Positions 10,259-19,517 are shown, counted from the first letter of the stretch. The stretch: 64,000 nucleotides of DNA from an uncultured Gemmatimonadaceae bacterium (GCA_964605205.1 CAZSBL010000002.1:7932-71931), one strand, 5' to 3'. Notes: generated by a model from the letters alone, not told the origin. A program made the numbers and translations.

Positions 10259-11259
10259 GCGACGGATCGAAGCGGTGGGTGGTCGGGGTGGATCTGGGCG
10301 GAACGAACATCTCCGTGGGCGTGCTGCCGCTGGACGGTGGCAACGGCGATGTCCTGGCCATGACCACCAAGAGCACGGAGTCTCACAAGGGCCCCAAGTA
10401 CGTGGTGGACAAGATCGTGGCCATGGTCAACGAGGCGATCCGAACCGTGGCCCACGAGCACGACGGCGGCAAGGAGGATTTCGCGGGGATCGGGATCGGC
10501 TCGCCCGGCCCGCTGGACCGGAAGACCGGCACCATCATCAACACGCCCAACCTGGGCTGGCGGAACTTCCCGCTGCGGGACCTGATCTCCAACGCCGTAG
10601 GCCTGCCGGCCAGCCTCGACAATGACGCCAACTGCGCCACGTACGGCGAGTGGTGGCTCGGGGCGGGAAAGGACGTGGACACCCTGGTCGGCTTCACCCT
10701 GGGCACGGGGATCGGCGGCGGGATCGTGTTGAAAGGCGAGATCTTCCACGGCGCCAGCGACGCGGCCGGCGAGATCGGCCACATGACCATCGACAGCACG
10801 GGCCGGAAGTGCAACTGCGGCAACTACGGCTGCCTCGAAGCTTACGCCTCCGGTCCCAACATCGCTGCCCGGGCCGTGGAGGGGATCGAGGCCGGAGCGG
10901 AGACCGTGCTCCCGGACCTGGTGGACGGCAAGCTCGATAGGATCACCGCCGCCACCGTCTACGAGGGCGCCGTTCTCGGCGATGCCTACGCCAACGAGGT
11001 CATGAAGGAGACCGCCAAGTTCCTGGGCACCGGCATCGCCAACATCGTGAATATCCTGAACCCGGAGATGGTGGTCGTCACAGGCGGCGTGACCAGGGCC
11101 GGCGAGCACCTCTTCGTGCCGCTCCGGGCCGAGGTCCGGCGCCGGGCGTTCAAGAGCGCCCAGGAAGCGTGTCAGATCGTGCCGGCCGAGCTCATGGGCA
11201 CCGCCGGCGTCATCGGCGCCATCGCCATGTTCAAGAACGACGTGCTGGGACGCGTTTGA
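10255..11259 (+). CDS. ROK family sugar kinase (glucokinase-like)
   Basis: I re-called the start at MSDGSKRWVVGVDLGGTNISVGVL, with an ATGA overlap onto the GT2 stop. The ROK signature GEIGHMTIDSTGRKCNCGNYGCLEAYASG is present. The track ORF 9889.. is over-extended. Confidence 0.85.
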   Translation: MSDGSKRWVVGVDLGGTNISVGVLPLDGGNGDVLAMTTKSTESHKGPKYVVDKIVAMVNEAIRTVAHEHDGGKEDFAGIGIGSPGPLDRKTGTIINTPNLGWRNFPLRDLISNAVGLPASLDNDANCATYGEWWLGAGKDVDTLVGFTLGTGIGGGIVLKGEIFHGASDAAGEIGHMTIDSTGRKCNCGNYGCLEAYASGPNIAARAVEGIEAGAETVLPDLVDGKLDRITAATVYEGAVLGDAYANEVMKETAKFLGTGIANIVNILNPEMVVVTGGVTRAGEHLFVPLRAEVRRRAFKSAQEACQIVPAELMGTAGVIGAIAMFKNDVLGRV

Positions 11260-11299
11260 CGGATCCGGTGCACGGCTGGATCCGCGGTGCCGGGGACCG

Positions 11300-12304
11300 G
11301 TGGGGCCTCCCGTGACCATCGGCGTCCTCGGGACCATGGTCTGGGATACCATCGAGCACCCGTCCGGCGAGACCATCGAGCGATGGGGTGGCATCACCTA
11401 CTCCCTGGCCGCCGCGGCCGCCGCGGCGCCCGACGGGTGGCGGGTCCGACCGATCGTACGTCTCGGCGCCGACCTGGCCGACCGGGCGTGGCGGTTCCTC
11501 GAGTCGGTGCCCGGCCTCGAGCTCCCGGGCGGCGTCCGTGAGGTGGAGGAGCCCAACAACCGGGTCCGGCTGCGCTACCGCGACCGCCACGACCGCGACG
11601 AGCAGCTCAGCGGCGGCGTGGCGGGGTGGACGTGGCAGCAGCTCGCGCCCTGCCTCGACGGCCTCGCCGGGTTGTACGTGAACCTGATCTCGGGGTTCGA
11701 GCTCGACCGCCAGACGGTCGGCCGGCTGACGGCTGTCCCCGTACCCCGGTACGTGGATCTCCACTCCCTGGTGCTCGGGATCGACGACGATGGGCACCGC
11801 GTGCCCCGGCGCCCCGAGACGCCGGAGGCGTGGCTGGATCCCTTCCACGTGGTCCAGGCCAACCGGCGCGAGCTCGCCATCCTGGCCGGGGATGAACGGC
11901 CGGAGGCGGCGGCCCGGGCGGCCGTGCGGCGAGGGGTCCGGGCGGTGGTGGTGACGCGTGGCCCCGAGGCCGCGGCCTGGTTCGCCCCGGCCGATGCGCC
12001 GGTGTGGCCGAACGCCGTCGAGCCGGGCGGACCGGGTCCGGACGCGGATGCGGGTGGCCGAACGGCCTCCAACTCGTTTGATGGGGAGCGGTCGGTCCGG
12101 TCCGGCGAGGTGGCCCTCGACACGCCGGGGTCGACGGGCGATCCTACCGGCTGTGGCGATGTGTGGGGCGCCACCTGCTTCGTGGAGCTGATGCGGGGGC
12201 GGCGTCTGAGCGACGCGATGAGGGGGAGCAACCGGGCCGCCGCCCGGAACGTGGACCACCGTGGAGCCGATGGGCTCTACCAACACCTGAGGGCCGACGC
12301 GTGA
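11300..12304 (+). CDS. PfkB family carbohydrate kinase
   Basis: The C-terminal motif DPTGCGDVWGATCFVELM resembles the PfkB DTxGAGD anion hole, and VVVTRGPEAAAWF is ribokinase-like. The start could be GTG 11300 or GTG 11312. Confidence 0.75.
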   Translation: MGPPVTIGVLGTMVWDTIEHPSGETIERWGGITYSLAAAAAAAPDGWRVRPIVRLGADLADRAWRFLESVPGLELPGGVREVEEPNNRVRLRYRDRHDRDEQLSGGVAGWTWQQLAPCLDGLAGLYVNLISGFELDRQTVGRLTAVPVPRYVDLHSLVLGIDDDGHRVPRRPETPEAWLDPFHVVQANRRELAILAGDERPEAAARAAVRRGVRAVVVTRGPEAAAWFAPADAPVWPNAVEPGGPGPDADAGGRTASNSFDGERSVRSGEVALDTPGSTGDPTGCGDVWGATCFVELMRGRRLSDAMRGSNRAAARNVDHRGADGLYQHLRADA

Positions 12305-13209
12305 ATGTGATCGGAGTGCCCGCCAACCTGGACGACCGTTCGTTCGACCCCCTGGTGGCGGAGCTGAACGCCGCGCTGGCGGCCGGCGACGGGGGCGTGC
12401 TGGTGGACGCGCGCCGCCTCCGCTGGGTCGACCCGTTCGGGATGCTCGCCCTGCTGGCGGTGGGAAAGGTGGCCCGGGAGAGGGGGCACACCCCCCGCTT
12501 CCAGATGCCCGACTCGGCCGAGGTGGTCAGTTACCTGGCACGGATGTCGTTCTTCACGCACGCCCAGGAGATCTACGAGCTCCACGGCGGCGGCCGGAAA
12601 CGGGCCGACGGCGCGTCCGATGTGCTGCTCGAGATCACGCCGGTCAGGTCACACATGGACGTCCACCAGATCGTGGACCGGGTGAACGAGCGCGCGCTGG
12701 CGATCCTGACCCGGCAGCTCAACATCCCGCTGAAGGAGGCGTTCCAGTTCAGCGTGATGCTGTCGGAGGTCTGCCAGAACATCATCGACCACGCCGAGGC
12801 CGGGGGCTGGGTCGCCACCCAGACGTACAACTGGCAGAAGCGCCTCGGTCGGAAGGTGGTCTCCATCGCGGTGATGGACCTGGGCGTGGGGTTCTACGGC
12901 TCCCTGGCCAGTGAGCACGCCGCCCGTTACGGCGAGCGCTGGAGCGACGCATCGGCGCTGGAAGCGGCGTTCATCCACGGACTGACGCGGTTCCACGACC
13001 CCGGCCGGGGCCAGGGGCTCCAGCAGATCCGCAAGCAGGTGGGGCGGTGGAACGGGAAGATCGCCATCCGGAGCGGGACCGCACGCATCGCCGATGTCCC
13101 CGCGTGGGACGACGCGCCACCCCTCGAGGACGACCTGCCCGGGTTTCCCGGCGCCCAGATCACCATCACGCTGCCGTCCCGTGAGATCGAGGGGGAGGGG
13201 AAGGGATGA
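12301..13209 (+). CDS. Fusion protein with an N-terminal STAS-like domain and a C-terminal GHKL (RsbW/SpoIIAB-like) ATPase/kinase domain
   Basis: The GTG start at 12301 overlaps the PfkB stop (GTGA). The N-terminus LVDARRLRWVDPFGMLALLAV...PDSAEVVSYLARMSFF is STAS-like. The C-terminus carries the N-box SEVCQNIIDHAE, the G1 box VMDLGVGF and the G2 box GRGQGLQQI. The track ORF 12163.. is over-extended. Confidence 0.7.
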   Translation: MNVIGVPANLDDRSFDPLVAELNAALAAGDGGVLVDARRLRWVDPFGMLALLAVGKVARERGHTPRFQMPDSAEVVSYLARMSFFTHAQEIYELHGGGRKRADGASDVLLEITPVRSHMDVHQIVDRVNERALAILTRQLNIPLKEAFQFSVMLSEVCQNIIDHAEAGGWVATQTYNWQKRLGRKVVSIAVMDLGVGFYGSLASEHAARYGERWSDASALEAAFIHGLTRFHDPGRGQGLQQIRKQVGRWNGKIAIRSGTARIADVPAWDDAPPLEDDLPGFPGAQITITLPSREIEGEGKG

Positions 13210-13793
13210 CCGACTTCGGCGATGTCGTACCCCTCCGGTTCGACATGTCGGACATGGTCCGGCAGACCGTGGCCACTCTCTACAGCCACCTCGTCACCCG
13301 GCCCACGGGCCAGGCGCTGCGGCTGGGCATCGAGGCACAGCTCGGCGAGCTGGGCGCCCTTTCGGTCACGGTCCTCGACTTCAGCGAGGTGGTGGTCCTC
13401 GACTACAGCTGTGCCGACGAGACCGTGGCCAAGCTGGTGCAGCGATTCCTCCGCTCCGACCGCCCGGCCGAGGCCTTCTTCGTGGCCCGGGGCATCGATG
13501 ACCGGCACCGGGAGACCATCGAGACCGTCCTGAGCCGTCAGGGGCTCGCCATTACCGCCGAGCTGACGGACGGCGAGCTCGCGCTCCTCGGGGATGTGGA
13601 TGATCTCGAGGCCGAAGCCTGGCGTGCGCTGAACGCGCTGGAGCGTGGGGGCGCCGGCGAGGTGGCCGAGCACCTGGGCCGGGGGGAAGATGACGTCGCC
13701 GGGGCGCTGGAGGCGCTGGCCCGGCGCCGCGTGGTGGCCCGGATCGACATCCCGCGGACGTACTTCGCGCTGCGCTCGCTGCTCGAGGAGTAG
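13206..13793 (+). CDS. DUF4325 (STAS-like) domain protein with a C-terminal winged-helix-like domain
   Basis: An ATGA overlap links it to the upstream ATPase gene. The N-terminus LVTRPTGQALRLGIEAQLGE...VTVLDFSEVVVLDYSCADETVAKLV matches the DUF4325 pattern. The C-terminus EAWRALNALERGGAGEVAEHLGRGEDDVAGALEALARRRVVARI looks like a MarR/wHTH recognition unit. Confidence 0.65.
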   Translation: MTDFGDVVPLRFDMSDMVRQTVATLYSHLVTRPTGQALRLGIEAQLGELGALSVTVLDFSEVVVLDYSCADETVAKLVQRFLRSDRPAEAFFVARGIDDRHRETIETVLSRQGLAITAELTDGELALLGDVDDLEAEAWRALNALERGGAGEVAEHLGRGEDDVAGALEALARRRVVARIDIPRTYFALRSLLEE

Positions 13794-13795
13794 CG

Positions 13796-14536
13796 CTACC
13801 CCTGCGCCCGGAGCGCCACCGCCAGGATCCGGTTGATGGCCTTCAGGGTGCCCAGCGCGGCGGCGGTCTCCACATCGCTCTCCACCGGGTGTGCGCCTAC
13901 GAGGGGCAGCGGTCGGCGGCCGAAGCGGCTCGCCATCCCCAGCACGCTCACCAGCACGTACTCCCCGTCCAGCGCCTGGACGATGGAGGCGAAATCGAGC
14001 TCGAGACTGAGCCCGTCATTCCACACCGCGTTCACCGCGCTCAGGAGGGTGGCGGTCGCCGCGGCGCGGGCACGGCCCACGGGCGTGTCCACCGCCTCCG
14101 CCTCTCCCAGGCTCTCCTCGTCCTGCCACTCCAGCCGGACCCCGACCCGCACGTGGCCGGAGGATGTGGTGGACTCGAGCCCGGCGAAGATCGGACGGCC
14201 GGCTACCGGGCGCGGGCGTTCGTCCGCTTGCCCGGCGGATTCCGCTTCGACGGCGGCCGCCACCTCTTCGGCGGCCCCCTCAGGGAGCGATTCCACCTCG
14301 GGCTCCGGGGCGAGCTGCGCAATGCTGATCACCCGCTGATCGATGGGGATCCCCAACCGCTCCTCGAGCAGGCCCCGGATGTCCCGGGCCAGGCTGGCGG
14401 CGTCGGGGCCGTGGCGGACCAGGAGATGGATCTCCCGGGGGTGGCCTTCCAGGTCCTCGCTGACGTACGCACCGAGCACCGAGGGGAGCTCTCGGAGGAC
14501 CGCTTCTGCTGCCGCTTTGTTGCTGATCCGATTCAT
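13796..14536 (-). CDS. Hypothetical two-domain protein with an acidic Ala/Glu/Pro-rich linker
   Basis: The coding bias is clean. No family was recognised. It is convergent with the DUF4325 gene, and the two stops are only 2 nt apart. Confidence 0.6.
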   Translation of the reverse strand: MNRISNKAAAEAVLRELPSVLGAYVSEDLEGHPREIHLLVRHGPDAASLARDIRGLLEERLGIPIDQRVISIAQLAPEPEVESLPEGAAEEVAAAVEAESAGQADERPRPVAGRPIFAGLESTTSSGHVRVGVRLEWQDEESLGEAEAVDTPVGRARAAATATLLSAVNAVWNDGLSLELDFASIVQALDGEYVLVSVLGMASRFGRRPLPLVGAHPVESDVETAAALGTLKAINRILAVALRAQG

Positions 14537-14732
14537 CCGGTGTGCCGGTTGGCAGGGAGATGGGCGCAGAATGCGGCGCTCGTACCCCGGACGTCAAGTC
14601 AGCTGCCTTTGCCGCTGAACCCATCGGAACCTAGTTTTTCGCCGCGCCGCCGCCGTCCGGGCCACCGCGCCGAGGAGCCCCGGGCGGCCACGTCGATCGC
14701 CCCGGACGGCCACGCCAACAGGAGGAAGCCGG

Positions 14733-15896
14733 ATGCCCGATGACCACAGCACGCCGCGAGGCGGCCCGTCCACGCGGGCGGTTCACGCGGGGAATCCGGC
14801 CCGGGAGCCGGGCGCGCCGGTGGTGCCGCCACTGGTCTCCAGCGCCACCTTCTACAACGCGGTCGAGCCCGAAGGCGAGGTCCTCTACGGCCGCTACTCG
14901 AACACCGAGGCGCACCGACGGGTGGGCGCCCGGATCGCCGCGCTGGAGACCGCCGAGGCCGCGCTGGTCTGCGGCAGCGGGATGGCGGCGGTCTCCCTCG
15001 CCATCCTCACCTTCGCGGGCGCCGGGGACCACCTGGTAACCGCCGACTCGCTGTACGGCGGCACCCGGGTCCTCCTGACCCGGGAGCTGCCCCGCCTGGG
15101 GATCGAGACCACATTCGTGGATCCCGCCGGAGACTGGGCCGCCGCCATCCGTCCGGAGACCCGCCTCCTTTACATGGAGGTGCCGGTCAACCCCACGCTC
15201 AGGGTGCCGGACCCCCGTCCGGTGGCCGCGATGGCTCGCGAGCACGGGATCCCCCTGGTCATGGACGCCACATTCGCCACGCCGATCAACTTCCGGCCGG
15301 TGAAGCACGGCGTGGACCTGGTGATCCACAGCGCCACGAAGTACCTGGGCGGGCATTCCGATCTGGTGGCTGGCGTGCTGGTCGGTGCCCGGGCCCGTAC
15401 GGAGGCGGCCCGGGAACGGCTGAAGTCGTTCGGCCCGAGTCTGGACCCCCACGCCCTGTGGCTCCTGGAGCGCGGCCTGAAGACGCTGGCCGTTCGGGTC
15501 GAGCGTCAGAACGCCACGGCCGGCCGGCTCGCCACCTGGCTCGCGGAGCACCCGGCGGTGGAGGTGGTCCACTACCCGGGGCTCGCGGATCACCCCGACC
15601 ATGCCACGGCGGCCGAGCTGTTCGATGGGTTTGGCGGGATGCTGGCGTTCGTGGTCCGGGGTGGCGACGACGTGGCGGTCCGGGTCATGCAGCGCCTGGA
15701 GTTGTTCGCGGTGGCCCCGAGCCTCGGGGGTGTGGAGTCGCTGGCTTCCATGCCCCGGTACACGTCCCACGCGGCCATGACCGCTGAGGAGCGGCACGCG
15801 GCGGGGATCGCCGACGGCTTCATCCGGTTGAGTGTGGGCGTGGAAGATGCACCGGATCTGGAGGCGGACCTGGCCCACGCGCTGGACACCGCCTGA
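14733..15896 (+). CDS. Cys/Met-metabolism PLP-dependent enzyme (cystathionine gamma-synthase/beta-lyase family), paralog 1
   Basis: The PLP-lysine motif SATKYLGGHSDLVAGVL, YSNTEAHRR...GMAA and the C-terminal LSVGVEDAPDLEADL are present. The RBS aggagga lies upstream. Confidence 0.85.
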   Translation: MPDDHSTPRGGPSTRAVHAGNPAREPGAPVVPPLVSSATFYNAVEPEGEVLYGRYSNTEAHRRVGARIAALETAEAALVCGSGMAAVSLAILTFAGAGDHLVTADSLYGGTRVLLTRELPRLGIETTFVDPAGDWAAAIRPETRLLYMEVPVNPTLRVPDPRPVAAMAREHGIPLVMDATFATPINFRPVKHGVDLVIHSATKYLGGHSDLVAGVLVGARARTEAARERLKSFGPSLDPHALWLLERGLKTLAVRVERQNATAGRLATWLAEHPAVEVVHYPGLADHPDHATAAELFDGFGGMLAFVVRGGDDVAVRVMQRLELFAVAPSLGGVESLASMPRYTSHAAMTAEERHAAGIADGFIRLSVGVEDAPDLEADLAHALDTA

Positions 15897-15960
15897 GCCC
15901 GGCCGGCACCGTGCGGAAGGCCCCGGGGAGCGTGTGAATCGAAAGACGGAGAGCGGAGCG

Positions 15961-18309
15961 ATGCGGAAGCTGGCGATCGCGCTGTCGGCGGTGGTGGTAC
16001 TGGTGGTGGCCGTGGCCGTGGGCGTCCTGGGGTACGTGCGGTCCGGGGAGCAGGCCCGGACCGGCACCGAGACGCTGAGTGGCATCGCCTCCCCCGTCGA
16101 GGTGCTGTGGACCGACCGGGCCGTGCCCCACGTATGGGCCGGTAGCCTCCACGACGCCGTCTTCGCCCAGGGCTACCTCCATGCCCGCGACCGCCTCTGG
16201 CAGATGGAGCTGGTGCGCCGGGCGATCCAGGGTCGGCTCGCCGAGGTCATGGGGGAGCCCGCCCTGGGCACCGACCGGTTCATGCGCCGCGTGGGCCTCT
16301 GGGAGGCCGCCGTGGCCGGGATGGACAGCCTCGGCGCTCACGAGCGGGCGGTCCTCCAGGTGTACGCCGACGGCGTCAACGCCGCCCTCGAAACGTGGGA
16401 CGGCCCGCTCCCGCCCGAGTTCCTGGTGCTGGGCTACGGGCCCGAGCCGTGGGAGCCCGTCCACACCCTGGCCGTGGCGAAGATGATGTCGTACACGCTG
16501 GCCGCGTACGGCGAGTCTGTGGCGGTGGCCCGGGCGCTCCGGCGGCTCCCCGAGGAGCGGGTCCGCTGGCTCTTCCCGGAGTTCCCGGACTGGGACGCCA
16601 CCATCCTGCCTCCCGAGCCCGCCGACCCGCCGCCGCTGGCCGCCGCCCTGCTCGACCGCTACAGCATCGCCGCCGCGTCGAACTCGTGGGTGGTGAGCGG
16701 AGAACGGACCGCGTCGGGGAAGCCGATCCTGGCCAACGACATGCACCTGGACCTGCAGGCGCCGAGCTTGTGGTACCTCATGGCGCTGCACGCGCCCGCG
16801 GTCGACTCGGCCCCCGCCCTGGATGCCATGGGCGTCACCCTGGCCGGCGCGCCGATGGTCATCGTGGGGCGCAATCGGGCACTGGCCTGGGGCTTCACCA
16901 ACGCCTACGTAGACGACGTGGACCTCTTCATCGAGCGGGTCGATCCCGAGGATCCGGGGCGGTATGTGACCCCGGACGGGAGCCGGCCGTTCGAGGTGGT
17001 GGCCGAGACCATCGCGGTGAAGGGGAGAGACGAGCCGGAGGTCATGGAGGTGCGTCGTACCCGGCACGGGCCCGTGGTCCCCGTGACCGACACGGCGGGC
17101 GCCGGGAACACCGTGCTGGCGCTGCGTTGGACCGCCCACGAGCCCACCACCGTCATTCGGGCCGTGATCGGCTTCAACCAGGCCGGTGGCTGGGACGAGT
17201 TCCAGGCGGCGGTGGGCCTCATGGACGACCCGCACCAGAACCTGGTCTACGCGGACACGGCGGGGCACATCGGCTATGTCATGGGTGGGACCGTACCGAT
17301 CCGCGGGGATCGGCGGCCGGCCACCGTGATCCCCAGACCCGGGTGGACGGGCGAGTGGGACTGGACCGGGGATCTGCCGTTCGCGGAGCATCCCCGTGCC
17401 CTCGATCCGCCCGCCGGGTTCGTGGCCACCGCCAACAACCGTCAGACGGCGGAGCCCGTGGCGGAGCTCATCAGCGCGTCGTGGCTGCAGCCGTTCCGGG
17501 CCATGCGGATCACCGAGATGATCACCGAGGCCGAGGCGCCGCTGGACCCGGCCGCGACCCTGGCCATGCAGCTGGATGTGTACGACCTGTACGCCGAACG
17601 GTTCGTGGGCCGGGCCATCGAGGCGGCCGAGGCGGCGGCGCTCGACCACGTGGCCGGGCGGCTCCGGGCGTGGGACCTGCACGCCGATGGGGACACGGAG
17701 GCCGCCGCGCTCTTCTACGCCTGGAACGAGACGCTCCGTCGCGAGCTCGCCCGGGACCTCTATCGTGGGCCGGCGGCGTACTTCACCCGCGAGTCGGCCA
17801 CGGTGGTGCTCGAGGGCCGTGCCGTGCCGTGGGCGGATGAGCCCGAGGCCCGGTACCGGGCGTTGTCGGAGCGGGCGATCCGCGAGGCCGCCGACGCCGC
17901 CGGAGACCGGCGGTGGGCCGAGTCCAACCGGGCCGTGCACCGCCACGCCCTCGGCGATGTGGCGCTCCTCGACCGGCTCTTCGGGCTGAACCTGGGGCCG
18001 CTGCCCCACCACGGCTCGCCGTTCACCGTGAACGTCGCCCACTGGGCGTTCCGGACCCCGGATGACGAGTTTCCCTTCCTCACCACGTCCGGCGTCAGCA
18101 TGCGGATGGTGACCGAGCTGGGGAACACCGAGGCCGGAGCAGGGTTCGTCATCCCCACGGGGCAGAGTGGACTGCCATACAGCCGCCACTACGACGACCA
18201 GCTCGAGATGTGGCGCGCCGGCGAGCTGCTGCCACTGTCCCTACATCGGAGCGCCGTGGAGGCGTCGACCGTACAGCGAATGACACTCGAACCAGCCAAT
18301 GAACGATAA
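15961..18309 (+). CDS. Penicillin/AHL acylase family Ntn-hydrolase
   Basis: I re-called the start at MRKLAIALSAVVVLVV (signal/TM). The autoprocessing site reads AAASNSWVVSGERTASGKPILANDMHL, with the nucleophile Ser after the spacer. DRLWQMEL is an alpha-subunit motif. Confidence 0.85.
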   Translation: MRKLAIALSAVVVLVVAVAVGVLGYVRSGEQARTGTETLSGIASPVEVLWTDRAVPHVWAGSLHDAVFAQGYLHARDRLWQMELVRRAIQGRLAEVMGEPALGTDRFMRRVGLWEAAVAGMDSLGAHERAVLQVYADGVNAALETWDGPLPPEFLVLGYGPEPWEPVHTLAVAKMMSYTLAAYGESVAVARALRRLPEERVRWLFPEFPDWDATILPPEPADPPPLAAALLDRYSIAAASNSWVVSGERTASGKPILANDMHLDLQAPSLWYLMALHAPAVDSAPALDAMGVTLAGAPMVIVGRNRALAWGFTNAYVDDVDLFIERVDPEDPGRYVTPDGSRPFEVVAETIAVKGRDEPEVMEVRRTRHGPVVPVTDTAGAGNTVLALRWTAHEPTTVIRAVIGFNQAGGWDEFQAAVGLMDDPHQNLVYADTAGHIGYVMGGTVPIRGDRRPATVIPRPGWTGEWDWTGDLPFAEHPRALDPPAGFVATANNRQTAEPVAELISASWLQPFRAMRITEMITEAEAPLDPAATLAMQLDVYDLYAERFVGRAIEAAEAAALDHVAGRLRAWDLHADGDTEAAALFYAWNETLRRELARDLYRGPAAYFTRESATVVLEGRAVPWADEPEARYRALSERAIREAADAAGDRRWAESNRAVHRHALGDVALLDRLFGLNLGPLPHHGSPFTVNVAHWAFRTPDDEFPFLTTSGVSMRMVTELGNTEAGAGFVIPTGQSGLPYSRHYDDQLEMWRAGELLPLSLHRSAVEASTVQRMTLEPANER

Positions 18310-19402
18310 ACTCGATCTGGCCGTGATCGGCGCGGGCCCGTGCGGGCTCAGCGCGGCGGTGGCGGCCACCCAGGCGGGGCTCGAATGCGCCGTGTTCGAC
18401 AAGGGGTGCATCACCCGATCCATCACCCTCTACCCCACGTACGCCACCTTCTTCAGCACCGCCGACCGGCTCGAGATCGGCGGGGTGCCGTTCATCGCGC
18501 CGGGCGACAAGCCCACCCGCGGCGACGCCCTCAAGTACTACCGCCGCGTCGCCACCGAGTTCGACCTGAACCTCCGGCAGTACCAGGAGGTGGCGGGCCT
18601 GGCCGGGGAGAAGGACGCCTTCCAGCTCCGGACCCGGACCATGGACGGCACCGAGCGCACGGTGGCGGCCCGGAACGTGGTGGTGGCCACCGGCTACGCG
18701 GACTTGCCCAACTACATGGGCATCCCCGGCGAGGAGCGGCCGAAGGTCCGGCACTACTTCACCGAGGGGCACCCGTACTTCGACCAGGACGTGGTGGTCA
18801 TCGGCGCGGGGAACTCGGCGGTGGAGGCGGCGCTGGCCACGTGGCGGGCGGGAGCCCGGGTCACCCTCGTACACTTCCTCGATGAGCTGGATTCCGGCGT
18901 GAAGCCGTGGATCCGGCCGGACATCGAGAACCGCCTCGCCAAGGGCGAGATCGACGTCCGGTGGAACACGCGGGTGACGGAGGTGCTCGGAGACCGGGTC
19001 CGGCTGCGGCACGAGGAGACCGGAGCCCTTGCGGAGCTCGACAATGACTTCGTCCTGGCCATGACCGGGTACCGGCCGGACCCGACGCTGCTCCGGGAGC
19101 TGGGCGTGACCGTCGATGAGAGCAGCGGCGTGCCCGCTCACGATCCCGAGACCATGGAGACCGACGTTCCTGGCGTCTTCATTGCGGGCGTGGTGGCGGG
19201 TGGGAACCGGCCCGACCGGGTCTTCATCGAAGACGGGCGCCACCACGGTCCGCTGGCCGTGCGCCGGATCCTCGCGGAGCGGGGGGTGGACGCCGGTGAT
19301 ACCATTACCCTGGGCGTACCGCCGAGCGTTCGGGCGCCGGACCCGGAGGCCGACGGGATCGGCGCGCCGCCGCCGCCGGAGCCGGCGGGCCGGTTGGAGT
19401 AG
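18299..19402 (+). CDS. YpdA-like FAD/NAD(P)-dependent disulfide oxidoreductase (putative bacillithiol-disulfide reductase family)
   Basis: The sequence LDLAVIGAGPCGLSAAV...FDKGCITRSITLYPTYATFFST...GGVPF and a second Rossmann motif VVVIGAGNSAVEAAL follow the pattern I recall for YpdA. Confidence 0.7.
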   Translation: MNDKLDLAVIGAGPCGLSAAVAATQAGLECAVFDKGCITRSITLYPTYATFFSTADRLEIGGVPFIAPGDKPTRGDALKYYRRVATEFDLNLRQYQEVAGLAGEKDAFQLRTRTMDGTERTVAARNVVVATGYADLPNYMGIPGEERPKVRHYFTEGHPYFDQDVVVIGAGNSAVEAALATWRAGARVTLVHFLDELDSGVKPWIRPDIENRLAKGEIDVRWNTRVTEVLGDRVRLRHEETGALAELDNDFVLAMTGYRPDPTLLRELGVTVDESSGVPAHDPETMETDVPGVFIAGVVAGGNRPDRVFIEDGRHHGPLAVRRILAERGVDAGDTITLGVPPSVRAPDPEADGIGAPPPPEPAGRLE

Positions 19403-19517
19403 GAGGGCCGCGTCAGCGGCTGCGGCGTTCGCGTTGACGCCCCCGCGGCGAGGCCCGTAGCTTGGCCCCGGGCCAACCAGACAACGAGGACAGAAAACCA
19501 TAGAGAAGGGTGGGAAC

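Noticed and set aside
14537-14732. A possible SAM or SAH riboswitch upstream of the first Cys/Met PLP gene. The segment gccgaggagc superficially resembles the SAH-riboswitch core. The 39542-39726 leader of the second paralog was examined for the same reason.
   Set aside because: I could not find the remaining conserved elements (the SAM-I GAGGGA...GCAACC core, or the SAH pseudoknot partners) in either leader. A covariance-model scan (Rfam cmsearch) would be decisive. The call is not supported by eye.
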